Shown here one piece after another: positions 1-9,988 of a stretch of 64,000 nucleotides of DNA. The stretch's first letter is position 1. Every line of letters begins with the position of its first letter. Source of the DNA: an uncultured Candidatus Binatia bacterium (GTDB taxonomy: Bacteria; Desulfobacterota; Binatia; UBA9968; JAJDTQ01); contig OZ244070.1 in assembly GCA_965215605.1 (NCBI GenBank), positions 1,760,001 through 1,824,000 of the forward strand. Reading direction: 5' to 3'. A program made the translations under genes and the position numbers. The notes beneath the pieces were generated by a model that saw nothing but the letters and a program-made list of their open reading frames with translations, was not told where the DNA came from and did not search any database.

Positions 1-220
1 GCCGGTCCAGGTGGCGGACGTCATCCTCATCGAAAGCGCCCTGGTGAGCTGGTCGTGCTCGTCCATGATCGGCCTGTCGGCCATCATGGTGGGCACCGCC
101 ACCACCCTGTTCCGCGTCCCCCCGGAAAAGATCATTCTCGGCCCCAATCTCAGGTTCGCCACCCTGTTCGCCATCGGCTCCATCCTGGTGTTGGCGGGGG
201 TGAACGCGCTGTTGACGTAG
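1..220 (+). CDS. 3' end of hydrophobic membrane protein (partial)
   Basis: Open frame running from the window edge to TAG at 218-220; hydrophobic segments. Confidence 0.55.
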   Translation, partial: PVQVADVILIESALVSWSCSSMIGLSAIMVGTATTLFRVPPEKIILGPNLRFATLFAIGSILVLAGVNALLT

Positions 221-231
221 GCGCTCACGCC

Positions 232-263
232 CCCCGGATCCCGGGTCAAGCCCGGGATGACGG
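232..263. repeat. REP-like palindrome (CGTC-tagged type)
   Basis: ccggatcccgggtcaagcccgggatgacgg hairpin; related copies near 2684, 9960 and 15076. Confidence 0.7.
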
Positions 264-414
264 AGGGGGTCGGGGACAGCGGCGGCCAAACAGAACCCTC
301 AAGACTCTGGCCGTCCTCGCCCTTTGCCGCGCTGCCGGACGGCAGCGAGAGCGTGGTGGTTCAGCCCGGGACGGGAGTTGAAAGGCCGGCGTCCGGGTCC
401 CACGGGAGCGGGCG

Positions 415-909
415 CTAGCGCTGTATCGCGGGAAGCGGCACCCAGTCCGAAAAAGTGGCGGCCTGTCCCTGCTTGGCGCCGCGCTCGTCCAGCACGTTCC
501 ACACGGTGGCCTGCTTCACGAGGAAACGCCGTCCGGTCTTCGATATGCGCACGCCCTCATAGTCGGCGATGAAGCCGTGCTCGTCAGCCTGACGAAGCAT
601 GCGGGCGCGTTCGGCGCGGTTCACCGGCTCCGCGGTCAGACGCGAGGGGGTGGCGATCAACTCCGGCCAGGTCATTTCCCACAAGACCAACGCCTGGCGG
701 TTGCTGTAGTTGAGGACAGGGTCTTCCGTGTTGGCGTGGGACACGACCACGAAAGGCGCCAGGAAGAGCCTTTCGCACTGCTCGTCCAGGGTGCCGGTCC
801 GCTCCACGAGATCACGCTTCAACCAGAACGCGTAGCTGTCCAGGAGCCAGCGTATCCAGGTGAGGTCCATGGCCGGCAGCGGCGGCGGGCGTTCGGACGG
901 CTCTTTCAT
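415..909 (-). CDS. MEKHLA domain (PAS-like) protein
   Basis: LFLAPFVVVSH..DPVLNYSN..AL.LWE..W......PSRLTAE..GVRISKTGRRF pattern; start uncertain (909/870/948). Confidence 0.85.
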   Translation of the reverse strand: MKEPSERPPPLPAMDLTWIRWLLDSYAFWLKRDLVERTGTLDEQCERLFLAPFVVVSHANTEDPVLNYSNRQALVLWEMTWPELIATPSRLTAEPVNRAERARMLRQADEHGFIADYEGVRISKTGRRFLVKQATVWNVLDERGAKQGQAATFSDWVPLPAIQR

Positions 910-1081
910 ACCCGGATACAATCTATATTTGGACCGGCGGCCGGTCAAACGGCCGCTCCGGGATCAGGTCATACGGCGGAACGCGGGACATCATGACATC
1001 ATTTGACTTGTCTCCGGAAAAGTCCGATAAAGGCACAATCGGGTTTTTCGCAGCTAATTCCCAGCGCAAGGAGAACATCCA

Positions 1082-1297
1082 TTGGCAACCGCCGTCACAG
1101 CTCCCATGGTTGGAAAGATACTGAAGATCGAGGCAGATACGGGCGCGACCGTCGAAGAGGACGATGTCATCCTCGTGATGGAAGCCATGAAGATGGAGAT
1201 TCCGGTGGTGGCGCCCGCGGGCGGGACCGTGAAAGCCGTGAAGGTCGAGGTCGGACAGTCGGTGGAGGCGGGGGAGGAGCTCGCCGAGATCGAGTAG
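1082..1297 (+). CDS. Stand-alone biotin carboxyl carrier subunit of decarboxylase
   Basis: 71 aa; EAMKM biotinylation motif; AAGGAG RBS before TTG. Confidence 0.9.
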   Translation: MATAVTAPMVGKILKIEADTGATVEEDDVILVMEAMKMEIPVVAPAGGTVKAVKVEVGQSVEAGEELAEIE

Positions 1298-1334
1298 CCC
1301 CGCTCACCGGAAGCATTCACCCGGCATCTTCGGC

Positions 1335-1451
1335 ATGGGTATTTGGGAATTCGGTTTGACGGTGGCGCTGGTCGGCAGCGTCGGCACGCTGCTGGTGTTG
1401 TGGTTGCTGAGCCTCTTGATCCTCCTGATCAGGAAGGTCTTCCCCTCCTGA
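1335..1451 (+). CDS. OadG/MmdD-like small membrane anchor subunit (38 aa)
   Basis: Hand-translated MGIWEFGLTVALVGSVGTLLVLWLLSLLILLIRKVFPS; one TM helix; lies between the biotin carrier and beta genes; absent from the ORF track. Confidence 0.75.
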   Translation: MGIWEFGLTVALVGSVGTLLVLWLLSLLILLIRKVFPS

Positions 1452-1492
1452 GTACGATCCGCTGGGCGCGACAAGCATAAGACCCTGACTCT

Positions 1493-2635
1493 ATGGAATC
1501 TGCGATTCTTTCCGGAGCCCTGGGGCTCCTAGACGGCGTCTCACACTTGGCGCTCGGCCAAGTAGTCATGATGGCCATCGCGGGGGTTCTCCTCTACCTC
1601 GGCATCATAAAGGGGTTCGAGCCGCTGTTGCTGGTGCCCATCGGCTTCGGCGCCATCCTGGTCAACATCCCGCAGGCCGAGCTCATGGCCGAGGGCGGCA
1701 CGCTGCGGTTCTTCTACGACTTCGGCATCCGCACGGAGATCTTCCCGGTACTGATCTTCATCGGCATCGGCGCCATGACCGACTTCGGGCCGCTGTTCTC
1801 CAATCCGAAGATCATCCTGCTCGGAGCCGCCGGCCAGTTCGGCATCTTCCTGACGTTGCTGCTGGCCCTGGGCCTGGGTTTCAACAAGCTCGACGCCGTG
1901 GCCGTCGCCGTCATCGGCGCCTGCGACGGCCCCACCGCCATATACGTGAGTTCGCGCTTCGCCCCCCATCTGCTAGGGGCGGTGTCGGTGGCCGCGTACT
2001 CGTACATGTCGCTGGTGCCGCTGATCCAACCGCCGATCATGCGGGTCCTGACCACCGCACGGGAAAAGCAGATCGTCATGGGGATGGTGCAGCAGGCGCC
2101 GGCGTCCAAGACCACCCGCGTCCTCTTCCCCATCATCGTCACGGTGGTGGCGTCGATCATCGCGCCCCTGGGGACGCCGTTGATCGGCATGCTGATGCTC
2201 GGCAACCTGCTGCGCGAGTGCGGCGTGGTGGAGCGGCTCAAGCTGGCTTCCGAGAACGAAATCGCCAATATCGTCACGCTGCTGCTGGGACTGGCGATCG
2301 GCGGCACCATGGCCGCGGAGCGGTTCCTGCGGGTGGAGACCCTGATGGTGCTGTCCCTGGGGCTGGTGGCCATCGGACTGGATACGGTGATGGGCGTGCT
2401 GTTCGGCAAGCTCATGTGCTTCCTTAGCCGGGGCAAGATCAACCCGCTCATCGGCGCCGCCGGCATCTCGGCCTTTCCCATGGCCGCCCGGGTGGTGCAG
2501 ACCGTGGGCCAGCGGTACAACAAGAAGAACCATCTGCTGATGCATGCCATGAGCGCCAACGCCGGCGGCCAGATCGGCTCGGTGATCGCCGCCGCCATCA
2601 TGCTCTCGGTGCTCAAGGGCATGGGGATCATCTGA
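1493..2635 (+). CDS. oadB: Na+-translocating decarboxylase beta subunit (OadB/MmdB/GcdB family)
   Basis: FEPLLLVPIGFG, IGAMTDFGPL, GACDGPTAIY, AAYSYMSLVP, GQIGS motifs. Confidence 0.95.
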   Translation: MESAILSGALGLLDGVSHLALGQVVMMAIAGVLLYLGIIKGFEPLLLVPIGFGAILVNIPQAELMAEGGTLRFFYDFGIRTEIFPVLIFIGIGAMTDFGPLFSNPKIILLGAAGQFGIFLTLLLALGLGFNKLDAVAVAVIGACDGPTAIYVSSRFAPHLLGAVSVAAYSYMSLVPLIQPPIMRVLTTAREKQIVMGMVQQAPASKTTRVLFPIIVTVVASIIAPLGTPLIGMLMLGNLLRECGVVERLKLASENEIANIVTLLLGLAIGGTMAAERFLRVETLMVLSLGLVAIGLDTVMGVLFGKLMCFLSRGKINPLIGAAGISAFPMAARVVQTVGQRYNKKNHLLMHAMSANAGGQIGSVIAAAIMLSVLKGMGII

Positions 2636-2663
2636 CCAAGGGTCTGGCCCGCACCCCACGACC

Positions 2664-2714
2664 GTCATTCCCGCGAAAGCATGTCCCGGACTTGATCCCG
2701 GGCGGGAATCCAGG
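2664..2714. repeat. Nested REP: GTCATTCCCGCGAAAGC..GGGAATCCAG interrupted by a CCCGGACTTGATCCCGG unit
   Basis: Direct reading of the intergenic sequence. Confidence 0.65.
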
Positions 2715-2736
2715 GGCGGCGGCCGGGGGGACACGA

Positions 2737-4320
2737 ATGGCCGACGAAACCACCACCCCGAAGCAAGACACGCCGGACACGCAATCGCCGGAAGGGAAGC
2801 TTGCCGAGCTCGAGGCCGGCGTCCTTGAAGGCGACGCCCGGGCCATCGACAAGCAGCACCGCGAGGGCAAGCTCACTGCCCGCGAACGCATCGACAAGCT
2901 CGTGGACCCGGGCAGCTTCACCGAGGAGTTCATGCTGGCCGAGACCCAGTGCACGGATTTCGGCATGGCGGAACGGCGGCAACCCACCGACGGGGTGGTG
3001 TGCGGCTTCGCCCGCATCGACGGGCGCCCCGTCTATCTGTTCGCGCAGGACCGCACGGTGCTGGCCGGAGCCGTGGGCAGCGCCCACGCCGAGAAGATCG
3101 CCAACGGCATCCGCACCGCCCGCTCCCTCGGCATGCCGTGCATCGGCCTCTACGACTCGGTGGGAGCACGGATACAGGAAGGGCTGAGCGTCACCGCCGC
3201 CATCGGCCAGATCTTCTTCGAGAACAGCATCGCCTCCGGCGCGGTGCCGCAGATCTCGGCGGTCATGGGGCCGTGCATCGGCGTGGCCTCCTACTCGCCG
3301 GCGCTGACCGACTTCATCCTCATGGTGCGGGGAACCAGCCAGATGTTCATCACCGGGCCGCCGGTGATCAAGGAGGTGCTGGGGGAAGAGGTGACCATGG
3401 AGGAGTTGGGCGGCGTCCGCATCCACTCCGAGGTGTCCGGGGTGGCGGACGTGGTGAGCGCGGACGACGCGGCCTGCCTGGCACAGATCCGGGATCTTCT
3501 GGGGTTCCTGCCCGCTAACTGCAACGAGCCGCCGCCTCGCAAGGAGACCGGCGACGTCCCGGAGCGGCGGCTGGACGGCATCGAGGCGCTGGTCCCCGAC
3601 GACAAGCGCAAACCCTACGACATCGTCAAGGTCATCAAGGCGGTGGTGGACGGCGGCGAGTTCCTGGAGCTCAAGCGCCGGTTCGCGCGCAACCTGGTGA
3701 TCGGGTTCGGACGGCTGGACGGCTACCCGGTGGGGTTCGTGGCCAACCAGCCCATGTTCCTGGCCGGCAGCCTGGACGTGGACGCCTCGGACAAGGCCTC
3801 CCGCTTCATCCGCTTCTGCGACGCCTTCAACATCCCCATCGTCACCCTGATGGATGTGCCGGGGTTCTTTCCAGGCCGGCAACAGGAAGAGCAGGGCATC
3901 ATCCGGCACGGCGCCAAGATGCTCTATGCCTACGCCGAGGCCACGGTGCCCAAGATCACCATCGTGCTGCGCAAGGGATACGGCGGCGCCAAGCAGGCCA
4001 TGTGCACCCGGGAGATGGGGGCCGACCAGCTCTGGCTCTGGCCCGGGGTGGAGCTGGCGGTGATGGGCGGCGGCGGCGCCGTCAACGTGCTCTACCGGCG
4101 CGAGATCGCCGCCTCCGACGACCCCGAGCGCACCCGCCGGGAGAAGATGGCCGAGTTCAACGAGCGCTTCAACGGCCCCTTCGAAGCCCTCTCCAAGCAA
4201 TTCGCCCAGGCCGCCATCCAGCCCGCCGACACCCGGGCCCGCCTCACCCACACCTTGGCGCTGCTGCGCGAGAAGAAGGAAACCCGCCCCGCCAAGAAAC
4301 ACGGCGTGATGCCGGTGTAG
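2737..4320 (+). CDS. Acyl-CoA carboxyltransferase (methylmalonyl-CoA decarboxylase alpha / PccB family)
   Basis: GKLTARERI, DSVGARIQEG, FVANQP, RFIRFCDAFNIP, KKHG motifs; in an operon with the Na+ pump subunits. Confidence 0.9.
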   Translation: MADETTTPKQDTPDTQSPEGKLAELEAGVLEGDARAIDKQHREGKLTARERIDKLVDPGSFTEEFMLAETQCTDFGMAERRQPTDGVVCGFARIDGRPVYLFAQDRTVLAGAVGSAHAEKIANGIRTARSLGMPCIGLYDSVGARIQEGLSVTAAIGQIFFENSIASGAVPQISAVMGPCIGVASYSPALTDFILMVRGTSQMFITGPPVIKEVLGEEVTMEELGGVRIHSEVSGVADVVSADDAACLAQIRDLLGFLPANCNEPPPRKETGDVPERRLDGIEALVPDDKRKPYDIVKVIKAVVDGGEFLELKRRFARNLVIGFGRLDGYPVGFVANQPMFLAGSLDVDASDKASRFIRFCDAFNIPIVTLMDVPGFFPGRQQEEQGIIRHGAKMLYAYAEATVPKITIVLRKGYGGAKQAMCTREMGADQLWLWPGVELAVMGGGGAVNVLYRREIAASDDPERTRREKMAEFNERFNGPFEALSKQFAQAAIQPADTRARLTHTLALLREKKETRPAKKHGVMPV

Positions 4321-4325
4321 GGCCG

Positions 4326-4757
4326 CTACGGGCCGGGGGCCTGCACCCCGGGCGCCCGGCGCCGGGTCATGATCGCGAGCCGGTCCAGGCCAGCGGACCG
4401 CGCGGCATCCATCACCGCCACCACCACGCCGTGGGGGACGCGGCGGTCGGCCCGGATCAGCACCCGCGGGTCCCGGCGGTCGCCGGCGATTTCCGCCAAC
4501 CCCGCCCCCAGCGCCTCCAGCGTCACCGGAACGCCGTCCAGGCGGATGACGCCTTCAGGGGTGATGAGGATGCGTACGTCGTCGTCGTTGGGGGCGACCT
4601 CGCGCGCCGAGGCGCCGGGCAGGTCCACGGTGATGCCGGGATTGGCCAGGAAGTTCATGGACAGGGCGAAGAAGATCAGCAGATTGAAGATCGTGTCCAG
4701 GAACGGCGTCATGTCGAGGAAGCCGCCCGCGGCTCTCCTGCGTGGCCGGAAGTCCAT
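4326..4757 (-). CDS. exbD: ExbD/TolR family protein
   Basis: DMTPFLDTIFNLLIFF TM motif; RAD..VPHG.VV.VMD. Confidence 0.9.
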   Translation of the reverse strand: MDFRPRRRAAGGFLDMTPFLDTIFNLLIFFALSMNFLANPGITVDLPGASAREVAPNDDDVRILITPEGVIRLDGVPVTLEALGAGLAEIAGDRRDPRVLIRADRRVPHGVVVAVMDAARSAGLDRLAIMTRRRAPGVQAPGP

Positions 4758-4758
4758 G

Positions 4759-5385
4759 TCAGTCCTCTACGCCGTCGCACAGAAGGTCCATGAAACGGGT
4801 GGACAGCCGCTCCATCTCCAGGATCAGGGCATTGGCCTTGTTCAACAGGTAGCGGTGCATGACGATCACCGGAATGGCCACGCTCAGACCCGCCATGGTG
4901 GTGATGAGCGCCTCGGATATGCCGCCCGCGAGCGTACCGGGGTTGACCGCAGTCTGCGAGGAGATCACCGCGAAGATCTCGATCATGCCCGAGATGGTTC
5001 CCAGGAGACCGAGCAGGGTGCTGACCCCGGCGATGGTGCCGAGGGTGTCCACGAACCGCTCCAGACCGGCCGCTTCCTGGCGGCCGGTCTCTTCCATGTG
5101 CTCTTTCATGATGCCGCGGGGTTGCCCCGACACGCGCAAGGCCACCAGCAGGACCCTCGCGAACGCGGCTCGGCTCGAGCGCAGCAGCTCCACCGCGGCG
5201 GGGACATCCCGGTCGGCGATCAGCGCTTCGGCCCTTCGCACCAGGTCCGCCGGCACCACCCGGCACCGTCTCAGGCTGAAGAGCCGCTCCACGAAAATGG
5301 CCAGGGCCACGATGGAGCAGAGCATTATGGGGACGATGAAGACGCCGCCCTTGCCGAGGAATTCGAGCATGCTGTCAAATACCAC
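4759..5385 (-). CDS. exbB: ExbB/TolQ/MotA proton channel protein
   Basis: LLGLLGTISGMI..F and GISEALITTMAGL motifs. Confidence 0.9.
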   Translation of the reverse strand: MVFDSMLEFLGKGGVFIVPIMLCSIVALAIFVERLFSLRRCRVVPADLVRRAEALIADRDVPAAVELLRSSRAAFARVLLVALRVSGQPRGIMKEHMEETGRQEAAGLERFVDTLGTIAGVSTLLGLLGTISGMIEIFAVISSQTAVNPGTLAGGISEALITTMAGLSVAIPVIVMHRYLLNKANALILEMERLSTRFMDLLCDGVED

Positions 5386-5507
5386 TAATCATGGACTTCA
5401 GGTAAACGCAGCCCCAGGACAACCCTTGCCGTTTCGGCGCCCGGCTTGTTTCCCGGCCTTCTACGTTCTATCCCAATAGAAGGGGCCGCGGGTTCCGGGA
5501 ATCATCC

Positions 5508-6287
5508 ATGCGCAGACAGATCGGACCGCTGGTGGTCGATGTCTTTCCACCGGAACGGAACAAGTTCCGGCCGCCCGTCGTCCTGGTCCACGGGCTGTGG
5601 GTGGGCGCTTGGTGCTGGCACGAGTGGGCCACCCGGCTGTGCAACCTGGGCTGGGAATGCTGGTCGCTCAATCTCAGGGAGCGCGACGGCGGCGCGCCGC
5701 AAACCCCCGAGGACACCGTGCGGGACTTGCGCGCGGTGCTGGGGGAGGCGGCCTTCCCGCCGGTGGTGGTGGGCCACGGGACCGGCGCGCGGCTGGCGTT
5801 GGCGGCGGCCCCTGACTGCGAGGTCACGGCCGCGGTCCTGGCCGCCCCGGACATCTCCCCCTACCTGGCCGCTTTGCCCAGGGCCATGCGCCTGCTCCGG
5901 CTCCGGTATCTGGCGCTGCTGGCGATGCGCCGGCGGATACTCATCCGGCCCGCGGACTTCCGGGAGCTGTGGCTCGGCACCGTTCCGCCGGGCCAGCAGC
6001 GGGACATCGTCGGTGCGCTGGTCCCGGAGCCGCCCCAGATGGTCCGGGCGCTGTTCGAACGCGGCATCGCGCTCCCGGAGTTGCGCTTCCCGGCGCTGGT
6101 GCTCGGCGGCGCCGAAGACCGGGCGGTGCCGAGCGAGGCCGCCCGCGACTTCGCCCGCGACATCGGCGCCGCCTACCTGGAGGCCGCCGGCCGGGGCCAC
6201 TGGCTGCTGGAAGACGGGGACCTGGTGAGCCGGACCCATAGCTGGCTCGTGCAGACTCTCGGAGAAGACATACAGGAGCCGTCATGA
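5508..6287 (+). CDS. Alpha/beta hydrolase fold protein, nucleophile Ser apparently absent
   Basis: VLVHGLW, GHGTG in place of GHSxG, ED..VP, GHW. Confidence 0.75.
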   Translation: MRRQIGPLVVDVFPPERNKFRPPVVLVHGLWVGAWCWHEWATRLCNLGWECWSLNLRERDGGAPQTPEDTVRDLRAVLGEAAFPPVVVGHGTGARLALAAAPDCEVTAAVLAAPDISPYLAALPRAMRLLRLRYLALLAMRRRILIRPADFRELWLGTVPPGQQRDIVGALVPEPPQMVRALFERGIALPELRFPALVLGGAEDRAVPSEAARDFARDIGAAYLEAAGRGHWLLEDGDLVSRTHSWLVQTLGEDIQEPS

Positions 6288-7012
6288 CCGACGTCAGCCT
6301 CTTCGTTGCCTTTACCGCCGGCGGGCTGTCGTTCCTCAGCCCTTGCGTCCTGCCGTTGATCCCGTCGTACCTGTCGTTCGTCTCCGGCATGTCGCTTCAG
6401 GAAATACGCGAGGGCGGCGCCGGCGGCGCCCGGGTGATGGGGAACGCGCTGGCGTTCGTGGGCGGCTTCTCCCTGGCGTTCGTCGCGCTGGGAGCGTCCG
6501 CGAGCTTTCTGGGGAGCCTGCTCATCGCCTACCAGGACATCGTCCGGGTGGCGGGCGGCCTTTTCATCCTGGTGGTGGGGCTCTACCTGACGGGGCTCTT
6601 CAAGGTCGCCAGGCTGGACCGCTACGCGCAGTTCAACCTGCGCAGCAAGCCCGCGGGCTATCTCGGCTCGGTACTGGTGGGCCTCACCTTCGCGGTGGCA
6701 TGGATACCCTGCGTGGGGCCGATCCTGGGCGCCATCCTGACCCTGGCCGGCACCACCAGCGAGATCCAGCGGGGCGTGGTGCTGCTCTCCGCCTACGCCG
6801 CCGGCCTGGCGCTGCCGTTCCTCCTGAGCGCGCTCGCCATGAACCAGTTCTTCAAGGTCTCCCGCGCCCTCGGCTCCTGGCTGCCCGCCATCCACGTCGC
6901 CGCCGGCCTGCTGCTGGTGGCCGTCGGCATCCTCCTGCTCACCGACACCATGACCGCCCTCAACGCCTACGCCCTCCGCTTCACCCCGGTCTGGCTGGTG
7001 GAGCGGCTGTAG
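6284..7012 (+). CDS. ccdA: Cytochrome c biogenesis protein CcdA (DsbD transmembrane domain)
   Basis: SFLSPCVLPLIP and WIPCVGPILG motifs. Confidence 0.92.
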   Translation: MTDVSLFVAFTAGGLSFLSPCVLPLIPSYLSFVSGMSLQEIREGGAGGARVMGNALAFVGGFSLAFVALGASASFLGSLLIAYQDIVRVAGGLFILVVGLYLTGLFKVARLDRYAQFNLRSKPAGYLGSVLVGLTFAVAWIPCVGPILGAILTLAGTTSEIQRGVVLLSAYAAGLALPFLLSALAMNQFFKVSRALGSWLPAIHVAAGLLLVAVGILLLTDTMTALNAYALRFTPVWLVERL

Positions 7013-7178
7013 CGGTCGCCGCCAAGGCGTAGCCGCTTCTGGCCTGTTTCTCGTGAGGAAGGACGCCTGACGTGGTAAGATAACCCTTGTATCTACCAAG
7101 CGCTTAAGAAACGACACCTGCGGCCGATAGGAATATTGTGAGTGGAAACCGCACAAATCATTTGTAGGTGGTCGATCC

Positions 7179-7571
7179 ATGGGCGAATTTGCTGAACAGA
7201 GAAAGCCGCCGCCAGACGTGTACCAAGCGTACCGTAACCGTATTGAGACGTTGCGTCGTGACGCCGAGATTGACGGGTTGACGGTGAACGAAACGTCCGA
7301 GAGAGACTTCTGGTCTTTCGTGAAATCAGAGCCTTTCGCCCACAAGGCAGACGTAGTGCTCGTGGACAACGGCAACCTTCGCGCAATTTGGGACAGCGAG
7401 GACGGTACCCACCTTGGGCTCCAATTTCTCGGCGATCGTACGCTGCAATGCGTCATTTTCCGAAGACGGCAGGGAAGCAGCAATGTCTCACGTGTGGCCG
7501 GGCGCGATACATTCGAAGGTGTTGCGCAACAGGTACAGGCTTTCGGACTCAAGCCGCTCTTACAGACATGA
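7179..7571 (+). CDS. Hypothetical protein (putative antitoxin partner)
   Basis: 130 aa; lower GC than flanks; ATGA overlap with the next gene. Confidence 0.6.
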   Translation: MGEFAEQRKPPPDVYQAYRNRIETLRRDAEIDGLTVNETSERDFWSFVKSEPFAHKADVVLVDNGNLRAIWDSEDGTHLGLQFLGDRTLQCVIFRRRQGSSNVSRVAGRDTFEGVAQQVQAFGLKPLLQT

Positions 7572-8020
7572 CCGGTCTCGACCTCCCCCACGAGGCCCAT
7601 GTCGTTCGATATGTAAAGCCCACAGACGTTCGTGACAGCGGAAAAATCGCCGGCGCGGCGTTCTGCCTCCGAGCGTGGCGGGCAGACGATACCAGATTGT
7701 CCGTCAACTGGCTTGAATGCTTTGACAACCTCACCAAGGAAGAGCAGGTCGCCGAGGTTCGGCGGCTCTCAAGGTTGACGATGCGACAACGCGGTCGCCT
7801 TGCTGAATTGAACGTAGGTGCCACCAAAGAACACCTACGCAGCCGCCTCGACTCGGTTCGCTTCGTTCACGCACCCCTGGCTGCGGAGGATACCCATGAA
7901 GCCGACCCTTCGCATAGCGAAGTCAACGACTTGCCAGCCGAAGACTCCCCTGAAGCCGAATTGATCGGCGACATGATCGCGCAAACCATAACCGCGATCT
8001 ATCCCGCGATCCAAGGCTAG
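7568..8020 (+). CDS. Hypothetical protein, possible ADP-ribosyltransferase-like fold
   Basis: 150 aa from ATG 7568; VVR..AF.LR....D..LSV....DPSH pattern. Confidence 0.55.
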   Translation: MTGLDLPHEAHVVRYVKPTDVRDSGKIAGAAFCLRAWRADDTRLSVNWLECFDNLTKEEQVAEVRRLSRLTMRQRGRLAELNVGATKEHLRSRLDSVRFVHAPLAAEDTHEADPSHSEVNDLPAEDSPEAELIGDMIAQTITAIYPAIQG

Positions 8021-8036
8021 CCTGAAGTTCAGGACA

Positions 8037-9416
<1,380 letters not shown>

Positions 9417-9503
9417 TTACCGTGGCCCCGTAACGGCATCTGCCTCCGGTGATGTCCGGCCGTTTGCACTCGGAGCGCCGATCCCACATGATGGTAACGT
9501 CGC

Positions 9504-9836
9504 ATGCCCTCGCCGAAACTACCGCAGCGCGCCCTGAATTACGGCCTGACGCTCGTCCTGGCCCTGATGCTGTCTTTTCTGGTCTTCGGCGAGTGGGGTC
9601 TCGTGCACTACCGGCGTTTGTCGGAAGAAAGACGGTCGCTCGAGGAACGGTCCCAGGCGCTGCAACGGGACAACGAGCTGTTGCGCGAGAAGATCTACCG
9701 GCTGAGGAAAGACGACCGATACCTGGAGAAAGTCGCCCGGGAACAACTCGGCATGGCCAAGGACGGCGAGATCATCTATCTGTTCCCGTCCAACGGGGTC
9801 AAGGAAACGGGTGGCGGCGCCCGGCCCCAAGATTGA
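9504..9836 (+). CDS. ftsB: Septum formation initiator FtsB/DivIC
   Basis: N-terminal TM, coiled coil, EKVARE.LGM.K.GE. Confidence 0.88.
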   Translation: MPSPKLPQRALNYGLTLVLALMLSFLVFGEWGLVHYRRLSEERRSLEERSQALQRDNELLREKIYRLRKDDRYLEKVAREQLGMAKDGEIIYLFPSNGVKETGGGARPQD

Positions 9837-9871
9837 CTTCATTTCCACGATAAAATAAGAGGTAACCCAGA

Positions 9872-9946
<75 letters not shown>

Positions 9947-9959
9947 ACCACTCCACCCC

Positions 9960-9988
9960 TGGACCCCGGATCAAGTCCGGGGTGACCG
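9960..9988. repeat. REP-like palindrome
   Basis: tggaccccggatcaagtccggggtgacc. Confidence 0.7.

Noticed and set aside
1003-1031. Sigma70 promoter upstream of the decarboxylase operon
   Set aside because: TTGACT is present but the -10 match is poor; not supportable
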